Below, piece after piece: positions 1 through 14,100 of a DNA stretch of 64,000 nt. Every line of letters starts with the position of its first letter. The first letter of the stretch is position 1. The DNA is from Mytilus edulis (lineage: Eukaryota): assembly GCF_963676685.1 (NCBI RefSeq), contig NC_092349.1, positions 27,280,001 through 27,344,000 of the forward strand, given 5' to 3'. The position numbers were made by a program, and so were the translations under genes. The notes under the pieces are model-generated. The model was not told the origin of the DNA. It worked only from the letters and a program-made list of their open reading frames with translations, and did not search any database.

Positions 1-1369
1 TAATAGCAGACGAATTCTACGAGCATGGTCACTTCTTTCAAACTCCATAGCAAGCCCACACTGTAACTGAGATATCAGGACACTGTCAGTCTGTGATGTA
101 CCAATCTTTGTCCTGCAAGGAATAAGGTAAAAAATTTAAGATTATTATCAAGGAAAAAAACAAATATGTCATCACTTCTGAAGGTATGGAGAGTTAATCT
201 GGAAAACAATTTGCTCATCAATACTTACATGTACAATAACTCTTTTATCATGTTTATTGTGGGGACAAAAACTCCAATTGCAGCAGGAAAATCAATAATA
301 AAAAAACATCAATGTACCTATGAACTCAAAATCATGAACTTTTTATTTTCCCGCATTTGTGCAGAAATGTCTTTCTTTCTTCTGGTCTCAATATTGTCAT
401 GAGACTGAATAAAATATACATGTATGTTAATTCATTTATTGTTATTGAGGAACATGAGGAAGGAGCAGAATAACAATTTTGTTTTTATTAATTCTTTGTA
501 TACAATGAAAATGAAGTCATAACTTAAATGATGCACAACTAAAATCCCTAACAGGGTTCTCGCTAAGGATTTTTGAAGGCGAGTCCAGGGACTCGTCATT
601 TTTGGCCATGGTGAGTCCAACAGCAAGAAGAATATATTTTATTGCAATATAATGTAATATTTTATCCTCCATGGCCTAACAGAGCAATGAAATGACATTA
701 AATTCAGATTACTTTTAAAACTTTTGCTATAAAATGATGATCATGATGATATTTGTGTTTTACTGTGTTCAATTTATACAAAATATTTCAATATTGATGC
801 ATCTTTGGACTCACTAGTTTTGAGAATGGTGAGTCCAAACAGATTTTGATGAGTCTAGGACTCATGGACTCGCTTTAGCGAGAACCCTGCCTAACAACAG
901 GACCAACATAGGAAACTGTAAGATATTTTCGTTTCTTTTTGAACAGATTTTTAAATATGTTTGAAATAAAAAAAAATGATTAACTTTATCCTCTTTCACG
1001 GGTAATGCCTGCCTCATATTATTGCAACGTGATTGTAGCCAGTGCCTTACTCAGTAACTCACTACTGTTTTTAGGGGTGTACCTGAGCTGTTGTTCTTTT
1101 TTAACGTCTTGTTCTAAAGCATGGAAATCAATAGATAGCAATGCCACAATGCCATTCACAACTTCTATCCCAGATAAGATTTTTAAGACTTCTTTTTTAG
1201 CTTTTGTCCAGTTGGAGCTCTCATCAAGTGGTTTACACAAAGCCATTCTAACAAGACATGGAAGAACTGGACGCAAATCAAATTCCTTCGAATCACTCAG
1301 TGAAGAGATGTCAACATCTCGTACTGCTCTGAAGATTTCGGGTTTAACACTACACTTTAGATTCTGCAT
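1..1369 (-). CDS. INTS2: Integrator complex subunit 2, 5' part (coding exons 1369-1083 and 112-<1; continues out of window)
   Basis: Exon 1 encodes MQNLKC...LRPVLPCLVRMALC...LSGIEVVNGIVALLSIDFHALEQDVKKEQQL and ends at a GT donor (1082). After a cag acceptor at 113, exon 2 continues in phase 2 as RTKIGTSQTDSVLISQLQCGLAMEFERSDHARRIRLLL. Both match the conserved INTS2 N-terminus. Confidence 0.95.
552..889. mobile_element. Non-autonomous TIR element (MITE), CAGGG termini, 5-bp TSD (hAT5-like)
   Basis: TIR CAGGGTTCTCGCTAA / TTAGCGAGAACCCTG, CCTAA on both flanks (547-551, 890-894), and repeated GAGTCC/GGACTC subterminal motifs. Confidence 0.8.
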
Positions 1370-1530
1370 TGTTATTGCTAAACCTAAAAAAATGTAAAGG
1401 ATTTACAAAAATTTTAAAAGTCAAAATTTTTTCATGGGGGCAGCCATTTTGCTTTCTCAACGTCAGTCTGACGCTTTGTTGTAATTGCGTTTCTTACAAG
1501 CGCGAAGAAGACATAGATCATATTTTTGTT
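1370..1530. promoter_or_regulatory. Compact bidirectional promoter between INTS2 and MED31
   Basis: Divergent ATGs at 1369 and 1531, a YY1-like GCCATTTT (1443-1450), and the palindrome CGTCAG-T-CTGACG (1461-1473). Confidence 0.7.
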
Positions 1531-4198
1531 ATGGCTGCAGCTGCAAGACAGAATTCCTCCCATGGTAAAATAAGTGCTAATGTTGCTCTAGATAACAACA
1601 GACCCCAAAATAAATAGTTCCCCTCTAACCTTATAGTTCTGTCATGCATATTGTTGTTCATAAATACTTATCAATGCCAGAACAATATGAAAAGCAGTTT
1701 GAAGTGGATACAAAGCTTTTCACAACTCAAACAGCAAAAATACATTAATTCATTCAATAAATATATTTTATGACCCTGCCATAAGGTGGCTAAGGCTGTA
1801 TAGTTCTACCCTTATCTGCCATTTGGTCATTCTACTACAAACAGTTATACACATACATGGGTCCAGCCTTTCTCCTAAACACCAAATAATTGGTCAGATC
1901 ATATGTTATTGTATTCATATATGAGGGTGGTAATGGGGATACCTTCATGACGAATAACGATAAAATTCTAGCCAAATTTAAACGTAAAAGGTAATTTTAG
2001 ATGCATGACGATATTAAAATGTATACTTTCTTTTAGGGGATAAAAAAATCGACTGATTTTGACGAATCACGTTAAATTTTTCTCAAAAATGACGGTAAGG
2101 ATAATCATTTGACACCATTGACGAATCACGGTTCACCATAAGGATATTTTGACGATTCACTGTAAAATTTTAACCAATTTGACGCTAACGGTAGCTGGAA
2201 TTGAACATTTGACGCCTGATGGTAAAGGCCATTACTACCCTTATATGTAGTTTTTCTTACAAGGAGAGACAAGATGGAATAGAACGTAAATTATAGCAAG
2301 ATCAGCTGAGCAAGATGTTTCCAGAAAGAAATTTTTTTATAAATGGGGTCATGAGGATTGACATGATTGAATTTACAAAGAATGGAAATCATCTTTTGGG
2401 GAAAACACTGAATATCATTAAGAATGCTGTATCTTTTAAATAAAAAATAATTTCTTTTTCAGAAGCAGATGAAAGAGTGAGATTTCAGACAGAGTTAGAA
2501 TTTGTACAATGTTTGGCTAATCCGAATTACCTTAATTGTGAGTATACAATGACAGTAAAAAACCAATTCTAATTGAGAATGTGTCTTTGGGACAGATGAT
2601 GCCCCATACTTGCATATAACATTGTAAAGTGACATACATCCACAACTGTTAAAGTGACAACACCTATATTCTTAAGTTAGAGAACGGAAACAAACTTAGG
2701 TATGTATCGATGAGCAAGGGCAACACTGAATGTCAAATGTAAAACCTTTTTAGGTTGGATGACATCTACTGTTAATATTAATTTGTAACTGTTAATATTC
2801 TATGTTAGATGCTCAGTCATTTGCAACAAAACTGCCCAGATGACAATAATTAGATATCTCAAAAGTTTATTTTTAACATGAAGATATATTTTTTTATATT
2901 ACATGAAGGAATACACACTGACGATTTGCCACTGATTTAAATACATGTAATACAAGCTTGGCTACAATTTGAAAAAAGTTTGTTTGCATAGCAAAAGAAC
3001 TTTTGTCCTGCAATGTACGTGCCACCAAAACTGGCAAAGACCCCTTAAAGAGTCATGAGAGTTGTTACAAGAATTCTTTAATTTTCAGTTATTATTTTCT
3101 CTCCCAATATGAGCCATGTAATTTTTTTATCATTGATTTATTAAGATTGCAATTGCATATTTTATCCTTGTTATGTGTTGTGTGAACAGTTTTAAGTTAA
3201 CAGAGCTGTAAAAATATACTGTTCAATTTTATTTTTTTATAGTTTTAGCACAGAGAGGATTCTTCAAAGATCAGACATTTATCAACTACCTTAAATACCT
3301 GCAATACTGGAAAGAACCTAAATATGCTAAATACCTCAAGTAAGTTTGTACAAAAATGTACAATAGTGAATTTTTGTAGGAATCTTGTTATACTGTAGAT
3401 TCATTTATTTTTGTGTATTCCAATTTTTGTGGATTTTTATGTGTTCCAATTTTTGTGGATTTTTTTATGTGTTCCAATTTTTGTGGATTAAGAAAATCTT
3501 GCATTTTCGTGGCTATTTGATATCGTGATTTTGCCAATACAATGTACATCCTTATACATGTTATAGAAAATCTGTAATTCTTTGAACATTTATACTTGTG
3601 GTTTATCTGTACCCACGAAATCTTCAAAAATTAGTACCCCACAAAAAAACAATATATCCACAGTAGTAGATATTTTACGAAAAAAAAAATAATTATAAAT
3701 TCAACAGAAAAAAATTGTTCTCATTATGACCTGACATTTACTTGCTCAATGCAGGATATGAATGAGATTTTCATTTCCAGAAGTTGACAGATATGCCTTG
3801 TACAGTACACACAAGGAGTTGCAAATTCTTTATGACGTTATGTTAAATGTTCATGTTACAAGTTGACAAATAAACACTGTATGAGTTATGATACACCAAG
3901 CAATATCTGCTTTAAAGATTAAGACTTTCCCATTGTATAACTAGTTTGTAATTATCTCTTGCAATATTTAATTTGTTTTCATTATTTTTATTTCATTTTC
4001 AGATATCCCCAATGTTTACATTTATTGGAGCTGCTACAATATGAACACTTTAGAAAAGAATTAGTGAATTCACAATGTGCTAAGTTTATAGACGATCAGC
4101 AACTCTTACATTGGCAGCATTATCAGAGGAAACGCATGAAGTTATTGATCGATGAAGCGGAACGACACAAACAAGATCAAAAAGATAAAACTAGCTGA
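1531..4198 (+). CDS. MED31: Mediator subunit 31 (133 aa; exons 1531-1564, 2463-2537, 3243-3339, 4003-4198)
   Basis: GT-AG introns with consistent phases give MAAAARQNSSHEADERVRFQTELEFVQCLANPNYLNFLAQRGFFKDQTFINYLKYLQYWKEPKYAKYLKYPQCLHLLELLQYEHFRKELVNSQCAKFIDDQQLLHWQHYQRKRMK..., the SOH1/MED31 signature. Confidence 0.97.
1923..2242. mobile_element. MITE with GAG termini and 4-bp TSD (Sola2-like)
   Basis: Imperfect TIR GAGGGTGGTAATGG / CCATTACTACCCTT, ATAT on both flanks, internal repeated TGACG motifs. Confidence 0.6.
3391..3665. mobile_element. TA-flanked MITE with short internal tandem repeat
   Basis: Ends TACTGTAGAT...ATCCACAGTA. Three ~28-bp repeats of ttccaatttttgtggatt at 3410-3490. Confidence 0.55.
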
Positions 4199-4523
4199 CA
4201 CAGCAATAATAAATGTGTTGATTTAAAATTAATCGGTCAGAGATATTCTCTGAATTGTAATGGCAGCTATGTGGATGGTCAAAATTATTGTCATCTCTTA
4301 AACATCCAAAACGAACATTTTTATGTGTAAAATTTTTCCGAGGTTGATACTTGTCATAGACGTAACATGTACATGATGTATTTAGCAGGAAATTTTTTCA
4401 TCTCTGTTCATAGTTTTTAGGCAGTTTTATAAACTGTATAAAATAAAGAGATGTTGTATAGAGATATTGTATTTTCATTGAACAGAAGTTTCTTTTTGAT
4501 ATCTGTTCCAAACATTTCCCAAA

Positions 4524-4777
4524 TAGGGCCTAAATTTATATATTGTTTGTTTCCCCAATCCCAATCCTCCGCAGCCAGATATGGGTAGGTACATGTAGGT
4601 AGCGAAATAATTTTAATTTTCCAAACAGTTTGAACATTATCGGACGATCAGGTAAGCCTGAAAATCAGAAATGAATAAAATAATATTGGACTTAGATTTG
4701 ACAATACAATTTTATATGTAGCACCACATTTTCAGGGTCAGTCGGGATTGGGGAAACAAACAATATTTTATTTTTAG
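4524..4777. mobile_element. Inverted-repeat MITE; related copy at 40718-40949
   Basis: atattgtttgtttccccaatc ... gattggggaaacaaacaatat. The second copy has TAGGCC...GGCCTA ends. Confidence 0.6.
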
Positions 4778-6177
4778 AAGAAATATTAAATCTAATGTGA
4801 ACAGATGATATAGCTTTATTTATCATGTTTATAACCAAGTTTCCATACAAATATTTGGCAGGCACAATATTTACTCATTGTTGAAGGTAGTACAGTGACC
4901 TATAGTTGTTAATGTCTGTGTCATTTTGGTCTCTTGTGGACAGTTGTCTCATTGGCAATCATACCACATCTTCTTTTTTATAGAACAAATATATGTTAAC
5001 AGTATGACTGCCAATAAGTCACCTATCAAGAAGTGTAAAAAAGATGTTGGAAACTAGCTGTGTTGGTCACTGTTCCACCTTCAACAATAAGCAAAACTCA
5101 TACTGCATATCATGCTTTTTCAGGCCTAGATTTACTAGTTTGTATTGTGGCTATACACTGATTTCTGAAGCTCTCGTCCAGGTGTTGGATTTTCTTGATG
5201 TGTTGAAGACCCATTGGTGGCCCTAGTCTGTTTTCTGCTTATGGGTAGGGTTCTTGTTTTTTTGACACATTCCCCATTTCCATTCTCTATTATATTTATT
5301 ATTATGGTTTACATTTGTCCATTTATTTGTCATCTCTCCCATGAAATTTCTCTTTTTCCTCTGAAATTACAAATAAACTCATCATAGATACCAGCATTAA
5401 AATTTTACACTTACGCCAGACGCACATTCCATCTACAAAAGACTCGTCAGCTTTCTGAATTTTCATGCATAAATCATCTTAAAAAGAAGATGTGGTATGA
5501 TTATCAATGAGACAACTCTTCACAAGAGACCAAATGACACAACTAGTCAGAGAGGCTTGAATAAAAAGAGTTACCAAGACCAAAGGAAGTTGAAGAGCAG
5601 TGATTTCAAAATGTTCTGCCAATTTAATACATACCAGAGCCTAATCATCTGTATATAAGATTTGTTCCTGTTCTTTATACTCAGTAATGCAAACTATATA
5701 CATAATGGTTTACTTTTACAAATTATGACTTGGATGAAGAGTTATCTCATTTGGCACACATCTTCTAATATCTATATATAAACATTTGAGTGATAATATT
5801 GTTAAAATAACTGAATTACAAATTACAAGTTTTTTTGGTTTTGCACTGAATTGGGATGGAAGAAAGATAAAAGAAGATGCGGTAAGATTGCCAATGAGAC
5901 ATTTCTCCACATGAGACGAAAATGACACAGAAATTAACCACTATAGGTCACTGTACGGCCTTCAAAAATGAGCAAAGCCCATACTGCATAGTCAGCTATA
6001 AAAGGCCCCGAAATGGCAATGTAAAACAATCCTAACAAGAAAAGTAACGTATTTATGTACAACAAAATGTGTTTACAATTTTTAAAGTTCAAGTAGAATT
6101 AAAAAAGTCACGTCTATTTTTCTCACAATTGAAATAAGGAACTTCCTGTGGATCTGTATAAATAAGTAAAGTGCTAA

Positions 6178-6392
6178 GAGGCCCCTCATGGGGGTGTCCT
6201 AGTAATCACATAATTACAAATGTTTTGCCAATATCACATAATCATTATGGTTTTTTTTTAAACAAGATAATTAAAATTACAGTTACATTTTATAAACTAA
6301 TAAAATGATCATGAAATATTTGGTCTGAAAATCAAATAATTACTAAAAATAAGGCCAAGTAATCACATAGTCGAAACCCCATGAGGAGCCTC
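6178..6392. mobile_element. MITE with GAG...CTC termini
   Basis: TIR GAGGCCCCTCATGGGG / CCCCATGAGGAGCCTC and repeated taatcaca/taatta motifs. Confidence 0.6.
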
Positions 6393-8204
6393 ATAAATGT
6401 ATGGTCTTCCTGTATTATTGTATTGATATTTGAAGTTAATAAAAAAAGGAGGAAGGAAATTACTGTTAAGTATTTAATTGAAATAATAATAAAAAAATCA
6501 TGAGAACAAAGTATACTCTGAGGACAGTTCATATGTAAAGGGTTTGGTGGAAACTAGATGACCTTGAATTGAAAGAAAGGTCATAGGTTTTATCCCTGGT
6601 TTAGTTAAACCAAAAACTTTAAAATTGACATTTGCTGCTTCTTTTGAAAACATGCATTTATGACAGTAAAGCCATGTAGAATATGGTGATGTGGTATGAA
6701 TTACAAAGAGACAGATTAATAGATTCCAAATCAATTGATTTAAGCAGGTATAGTTCTCTGTACATCCTTTAACAATGAGCAAAACTCATAACGTATAGTC
6801 TGCTATAAAAGACCTGAAACAAAAATATGTGAAACAATTCAAATGAAAACAACCAGAAGTATGATTTATGATAAAGCTATAAACAAACAAAAATAAGACA
6901 GTCCTCAACCAACTATAAACCTCTCACTTGTATGACAATTGCATAAAGTTACATTATATTGACAATGATGTGTGAACAAAACAAACAGGCATAATAGGTT
7001 AAAAGAGACACAACCGTCATTATCACTATAAAACACAAATATGCCAACAAAGGAAAACACAAAATCATACAGAAAAAGCACATAAGCAAAAAAGAAAGAC
7101 AAGAATATAAAAAAATTACCATAGTACAATAACTGTATTATAACACAATGACAGAATGTACACAATCTTACATTCTAGCTATTCATATATCTGAATGACT
7201 ATAGTCGTTGAATTTCAAGTGCTGAGGAATTAGATATTCCGATAACTCATCACCACTTGTCAGTTAGAAATGATTTCGGAAATAATTGTTTTAAATGACA
7301 ATTTTTCTAGACGATTTAGTTTCGGATATTTTCTAGAGTAGTTCATGGTGGACGAACACACTGAAACTCATTTTAGAGAATTTCGGAAGTGATTATAATG
7401 ATTTGATAAAATTAAGTTTAATTAAAAGCTGATTCGGCTGTTAATAAATTTTTTGCTGATGGTGCATAAACGATGTTTCTGTTGAAAATTCATTTCAACA
7501 GAAACCAAAGCACATACAAAAAAATATTTAAGTATAGTGTTGAATTCAGAACAGTTAAACTTAGTTCTAAATCAAGATGAATATCCAGAGACTAAAGCGC
7601 CAAAAAAATAAGAATAGAGAAAAATAGTCTACAAACTGTTTCGGTTCTTGTGCATCAATGGTTTTCAAATATGCGGTTTTAAGTGTTGTAGATAAAAGTA
7701 TACCCAGAAAAGCGCTTCGGACGCTTCAAATTTTAAACCTGTTGTTCTAATTGTGTTATTTTTTCTTAGGTATTTCCAACCATCTAACAATAAAATGTTT
7801 CGGATCTCAAACAGTAGATAGTAGAGACATTTAAATCTAAGTTGCAATTCCGAATTTCTAGATATGACCAGCTGCTCAAAATAATATTCTTAACATATCG
7901 TTGAATATAATACTGAAAATCATAGATCGAGTCTATTTAATCTTGTTTTGCTTTCTTTTATTTGTCAAGTTTTTCATTTTTCAAATGCCTTGTAAGATCG
8001 GAAAAACTAATCTTGCCAGACACGGAATATACTGCAACTTAATATGCAGGAAAACCCGCAGTTTTAATTTTAGTCACAGTGACTGTCAGCTTTACAAATG
8101 ATAGATAATTGATTCATGATTCAGATGCTATATTCAGATACAGGATATTTTATTTTTATAACAATTCTAGCATTCAGATGAAAAAGAATTTTCTTAAAAT
8201 TGAC

Positions 8205-8933
8205 GAGTACAAGAAAGAGCACTTCGCTTCATTTACCAGGATCACAATAGCACATATGAAGACTTACTTTTAAAATAAAAAATGCCATCACTTAAAGTAA
8301 GACGCCTAAGAACCATGGCAATAGAGGTCTTTAGAACAGTCAATCATGAAAACCCAGTGTACCTCCATGATCTTATAAATATTAAAAAAACAAAATATTC
8401 TTTCAGATACCAAAATTTAGCTGAAATACCTGACGTAAGAACAACAAGGTATGGCTTGAAATCTTTCAGATATTCTGCTGCCAAACTATGGAATGAGTTG
8501 CCAAACCACTTTAGAACTGAAACATCTTTTACCCAATTCAAGAGTCTAATAAACTCATGGAATGGCAACTCATGCCATTGCAATGCATGTGCTTAGTTTT
8601 ATTTATTTTATGTTACAGCTTGAAATATAATAGTGCTGCTTTTTGTGAATGTTTGCTTAGCTTTTTATAATTTGTGAATGCTGTGCTTTATTTTTTATGT
8701 TTGCTTTTAGTGCTTATTCTTATGCATGTATAGAATATAGTATTTAAATAGTGTAGCCTAAATGTGCATGAAATGTATGTTCTATGTCTTTTATGTTTTA
8801 ATATTTGTATTGTGTATGTTTGTTATGTAAATGTATGCATTTGTCGGTTATAAAAGCTCAGAGAGCTTATGTTTATTTGTTATGTAACATGCCGACTATA
8901 AATAAAGCTTTGAATTGAATTGAATTGAATTGA
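8205..8933 (+). mobile_element. 5'-truncated LINE (CR1/L2-group) 3' end
   Basis: ORF 8282-8596 (LKVRRL...YGLKSFRYSAAKLWNELP...FKS) is a typical ORF2 C-terminus. It is followed by AATAAA and a (GAATT)n tail at 8901-8933. Confidence 0.85.
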
Positions 8934-11104
8934 GGACCCGGATTTGGATGGTTATCCTTGTCATGTATACATACATTAGAAGTGAAAGGTTGGTAATATC
9001 ATTCATAGAAATAAGATGCCAATGAGACAACTCTCAATCGAATACACAATTTGTAAAAGTAAACTGTTGTATATCAAAGTATGGTCTTCATCACGGAGCT
9101 TTGGCTCACACCGAACATCAAGCTATACAGTAAGTACCCCCGAAATGACTAGTGTAAAACAATTTAAAGAGGGAATCAACGGTCTATTCCATATATGAAA
9201 CGACAAACGAGAAACAAATATGAACCACATTAACAAACGACAACCACTGAAAAACAGGCTACTGATGTAAGACTTGTGCATACAAATGCAGCGGGTTTAA
9301 CATATCATTCATACAGTCAGGATATGAAAATGAAATATGTTGTATGCATTTCAAAAAACATTTGATAAACTTGATCATACTAAGTCTTATACATTATATA
9401 TATATAAGAGTAAGTAGGGTGTTGACCTTTGTCAAATAAATCACAAGATATCATTTGTTTGTTTGTGCTCTCTTTCAAAACATTACTTTTGTGACTTAAC
9501 ATATATCAGAATAAACACGCTTTCTATAACTTCTAAAGTTCTATAGAGATAACTTCACCCTTCTAATTGTTATCATTCAATCTCCATGTTCATATGCATT
9601 GGTTATTTGGCGGAGTTCGTGTTGTTTCATGAATGTTTTAAACCCAGTATACATGTAGATACCTTATGTTACGAAGTTGACTTCTGTCCTTCGCCTCAGG
9701 TTCCTTTTTCAGAAACAACTTAATATTTTTGTCACGTGAATTGCCCACTTGTGAATTATGAGATAACTCTGTTTAGTATATTTGGTAACCTTTCAAAATG
9801 TGTGTCCGTCAGGCAGTGCTCACCCGACCTCATTTTCAATGGTATTTTTTGTGAGGCACATTTCTCAAAATATTAAGCAAAAGATCACTATAATTTGTGT
9901 AAGCAATGATTGTATGGCGTAAATATCTCGTATCTGACCATCTGACCACTGGTTTATTTCATGGCTCATTGATCAATGTTGTTTTGATGATTTATCCTGT
10001 TTCTAAGAGATGTTAAAATCATTTGGTGTACAGAAGAATTATAAGTTTTAAATATCAGTCTGGCAGGGTTTCTTTGATTTTGTCTCAATCCCAGGAATCG
10101 TTGATAGTGGAAAGGTTGTATATATGAAACGGTATTAAACCTTTGTCTTAAACACTTTCAAAATCAATTCAGACATGAACAGTTAAGTGTTTTGAGAAAA
10201 TTCAATGCTTTTTTGCTGCTTTTTTGTGTGACCATGCCTTAATATCTTTAAACCCGTCTTTAGAAACGTATTGATTGCCAATTATCAAGGGTGTCAATTT
10301 CTCAACTTGTTTGACATTAATATGGCATTTCGGTTAACATCTGATATATTTTCTTCTCTTTTGAACTGACACAGAAGCCGGGGTAAGGGATGCAATCCCC
10401 CCTACACACACACACTTGTCACATTCATAAGTAAGCCCCCACCCGACTCACCCCAAGTTTTAGTCAACTTATGACTAGGGTTATCACATAAAGGCAACAG
10501 TTGTATACCGCTCTTCAATAGTCATAAATCGATAAAGAGAAACAAAGCTGGGTTACAAACAAGCGAGGAAACACATCAACTAAACGAACAAAGCAAATGA
10601 ACAACAGAAACACGGAAATGCAACAAATAAAGGCAACACTAGCATGACTAGTATACCGCTGTTCAAAAGTCATCAATCGATTTAGACAACAAATCCGGGT
10701 CACAAACTAAAACCGAGGAAAACACATCAACTACAAGAGGTAAAAAAGGGAACATCAGTGTTCTTAATAATTAGCTTATTTGCGAAATGGCCTTGTACGT
10801 TTGAACATTGTCTTCCTCTTCAGATTTTTAGCACTGATAAAAGATCCAGAAACACCTTAATCTACTAGATATTAAAATCGCAGCCTACATTCTTTATAAA
10901 CAAATCCGCTCAGTAATATAATATGTAACAAATATGAATTTTACCACGAAAATATTTGTCACAGGATATATCCCTTCCATCTGACGGAAATAACTCAGCT
11001 AAGTTTTAAGTGTACTTTTAAGTAGTATGCTTGAAATTTCATGATACAATGTGAGAAGGAGATGATATGAATGTTTACTGTGATTTTTACATTTGGATTT
11101 AAAA

Positions 11105-14100
11105 ATGATTCTTATATTTCTCGTTGTTTTTCTTCACGATGTCTTAGGTAATATTTATCTATTATTTTTGTTTGGAATTAACATAGTCGCCAGTGAATTC
11201 TTTATAGATTACCGGTAAACTTGCCATATGTAAAGTGTTTTTATAATACAAAAAACAAAAACAAAATAATAATAATAATAATAATAATAATAATTCTCAA
11301 ATAAACAGTTAAAGATGTTAAATGCAGTCAATCTTATTCGTGAAGTAGATGAATTTAGGAGGCAGGTTACAAATGCCTTGTATAGCACCGAAAAGGAATA
11401 TAATAAAGACAACAGTAGTATACCGGTGTTCAAAAGTCATAAATCGATTGAGAGAATGCAAATCTGCGGATTACAAACTAAAACCGAGGAAACATTGACA
11501 AACGATAACACATAATAGATTATAATTCAATCGAAATAATAAAAGAAACATAAAAATATGAATACATTAATGCTGGATGTAAAAATTGAAAGTTAAAACT
11601 CCGAAATGGCGAATATGTGTATTGTGTGATGAGACTGTCATCAAAGTGAGAGGGTTAGCGCTATAAAACCAGGTTTAATACACCATTTTCTACATTTGAA
11701 AATACCTGTACCAAGTCAGGAATATGACAGTTCTTGTCCATTCGTTTTTGATGCGTTTTGTTAATTGATTTTGCCTTGTGATTATGAACTTTCCGAATTG
11801 ATTTTCATCTAAGTTCAGTATTTTTGTGATTTTACTTTTTTTGGTAATCGACTTTTTTCGGAGCTACATGACTAAAACTGAGCTACTGAGTAAAGACTTA
11901 GTTAAAATTAACTATATTAAAAGTGTCCTTTTCCAAGGAAAGAATAATAAACTCACATCCTTCAATGTTTATGCCGCGCGTGCGTGTGCGTATTGTCAGA
12001 GAACATTTTCTTTTTTCATTTTAAGAGAAAACATCTAACTTATATTATAGTTCAATTGAGTAACATCTTTTCGAAGAAATATTTCGTTATCGACATTTCA
12101 TGTGTCGCTTACTGTAAGTCTAGCTCTTGGTAAAATCTTAAAAAACCATAAAACATTAACATGATTAATGATCTTATTCTTGTGTTCAATAGCTGCAGAA
12201 GAAATTCTCCGTGATCGCAGTGATATTAAAGTAAAAACACCAAACTACCCCGATAAATACCCACACAATTCCACCAAGATATGGAGATTTAAACATAATT
12301 ATGGAGTGTGGAGTGTTAGCATCGATCGATTCTTCCTGGAAAATTCTCTGGATTGTAGGAAAGATTTTCTGGAAATAATGGAAAACAAGTAAGTTCATAA
12401 ATATAGGATATATGGCATAAAATTTGAAAAAAATACTTTAACATAGACATGATAGACGAATTGTAAACAAACGATGTCTTATGATGTTCATTATCATGTC
12501 AACTGCCATGTTCTTGCTTATCGCTGAACTTCGAAGTCAGGAGACTGTAAATCAGTGGTCGTCCTTTACTCATGTCTGTCATCTTTGTTTTTTTGAAAAT
12601 TGTATTGTTTAGAATAAGTCCGTTAGTATTCTCAATTGAATTGTTTCATGTCAGAGCCTTTTTATAGCAGACTATACGGTATGGGGTTTTCTCCTTGTTG
12701 AATGCCGTACGGTTAGTCGTTATTGCTTATATCCTTCATATGAACTTTGTTGGCTAATTGTCTTACTTTGTGTTATTGTGCTATGGTTGTTTTTATTCTT
12801 GTCTTTCATTTTTGCTTATGTGCTTTGTTTATATATAAAAAAGATAATATGATATGATTGCAAATGAGACAACTGTCCACAAGTAACCAAAATAACACAG
12901 AAATTAAAAAACCTATTTTTAGGTCACTGTACGGCCTTCAACAATGAGAATTCCAATACCGCATAGTCAGCAATAAAAGGACCCGAAATGACAAAGTAAA
13001 ACAATTAAAACGAAAAAACTAACGGCCTTATTTATGTATATGTCTTTTTGTGCATTGTTGTTCTCCTATTTTTGAAATTTTTACCTTTTATGTCTGTTTG
13101 TATTGTCTAAAATCGTAGTCAATATAATGGAATTTTATGCAACTGTCGTACAAGTGAGAGGTTTGTGTTTCTATTGTGTTGTAATTCTCTTGTTTTTTTC
13201 TCTCTATCGATTTATGAATTTCTAACAGCGGTATACTGCTGTTGCCTTTATTTAGCTAGCTATAAACCCAGTTTTAATCCACAATTTCTATATAAGAAAA
13301 TGGCTGAATCAAGTTAGGAATATGACATTTGTTATCCAATGTTGTGTTTGAGCTTTTGATTTTGTCCTTTGATTAAGGACTTTTCGTTTTGAATTTTCCT
13401 CAGAGTCCAGTATTTTTGTGATTTTACTTTTAACTGTCTATCAAACAACATCTTCTTATTTTATTTTTAGACCACATACCTCAAAGCAATTGCAAGACCA
13501 TCACCCATTCCTACCCCAACCTTTCACCTATGGTCGACTTTAAGCGATTCTGGCTTCTTTTGGTTGATACAATATAACTTATAGGTATAGACTATTAAAT
13601 TTTGAGTCAGATTATGTAAGTTGAAATAATTTTTTTTACATAGTATTAAAATATATGATACCCGGTATGTTGTTTTCATTGGTGCTGCAAGTGGGTGTCC
13701 TTCGTTTCTGAATTCTTTAGTTTATTTTAATTATCTCTTTTCTTTATATTTTTGCCGATTTTATTCTATTCTTTATTCTGTAGATTATTCGCTATTCTGT
13801 AAATTCCATCCAGACTCTCATACATTTCTAAAAACTTAGTTGTTATATGAGATAGAATTAGTTGGCTTCTACCTTTTTATGATTTTAAATCTTTTTAATG
13901 GGTTGAATAAAAAGTAGTAAAAGGAATTTTCGTCAGGATGCAACCACTTCTTATTTCTATATTAATTTTGATCTAGTTTATGTTAATTTTGATCTAGTTT
14001 ATATTAATTTTGATCTAGTTTATGTTAATTTTGATCTAGTTTATGTTAATTTGTATCTAGTTTATGTTAATTTTGATCTAGTTTATGTTAATTTGTATCT

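Noticed and set aside
1005-1397. 130-aa + strand ORF
   Set aside because: Antisense shadow of INTS2 exon 1.
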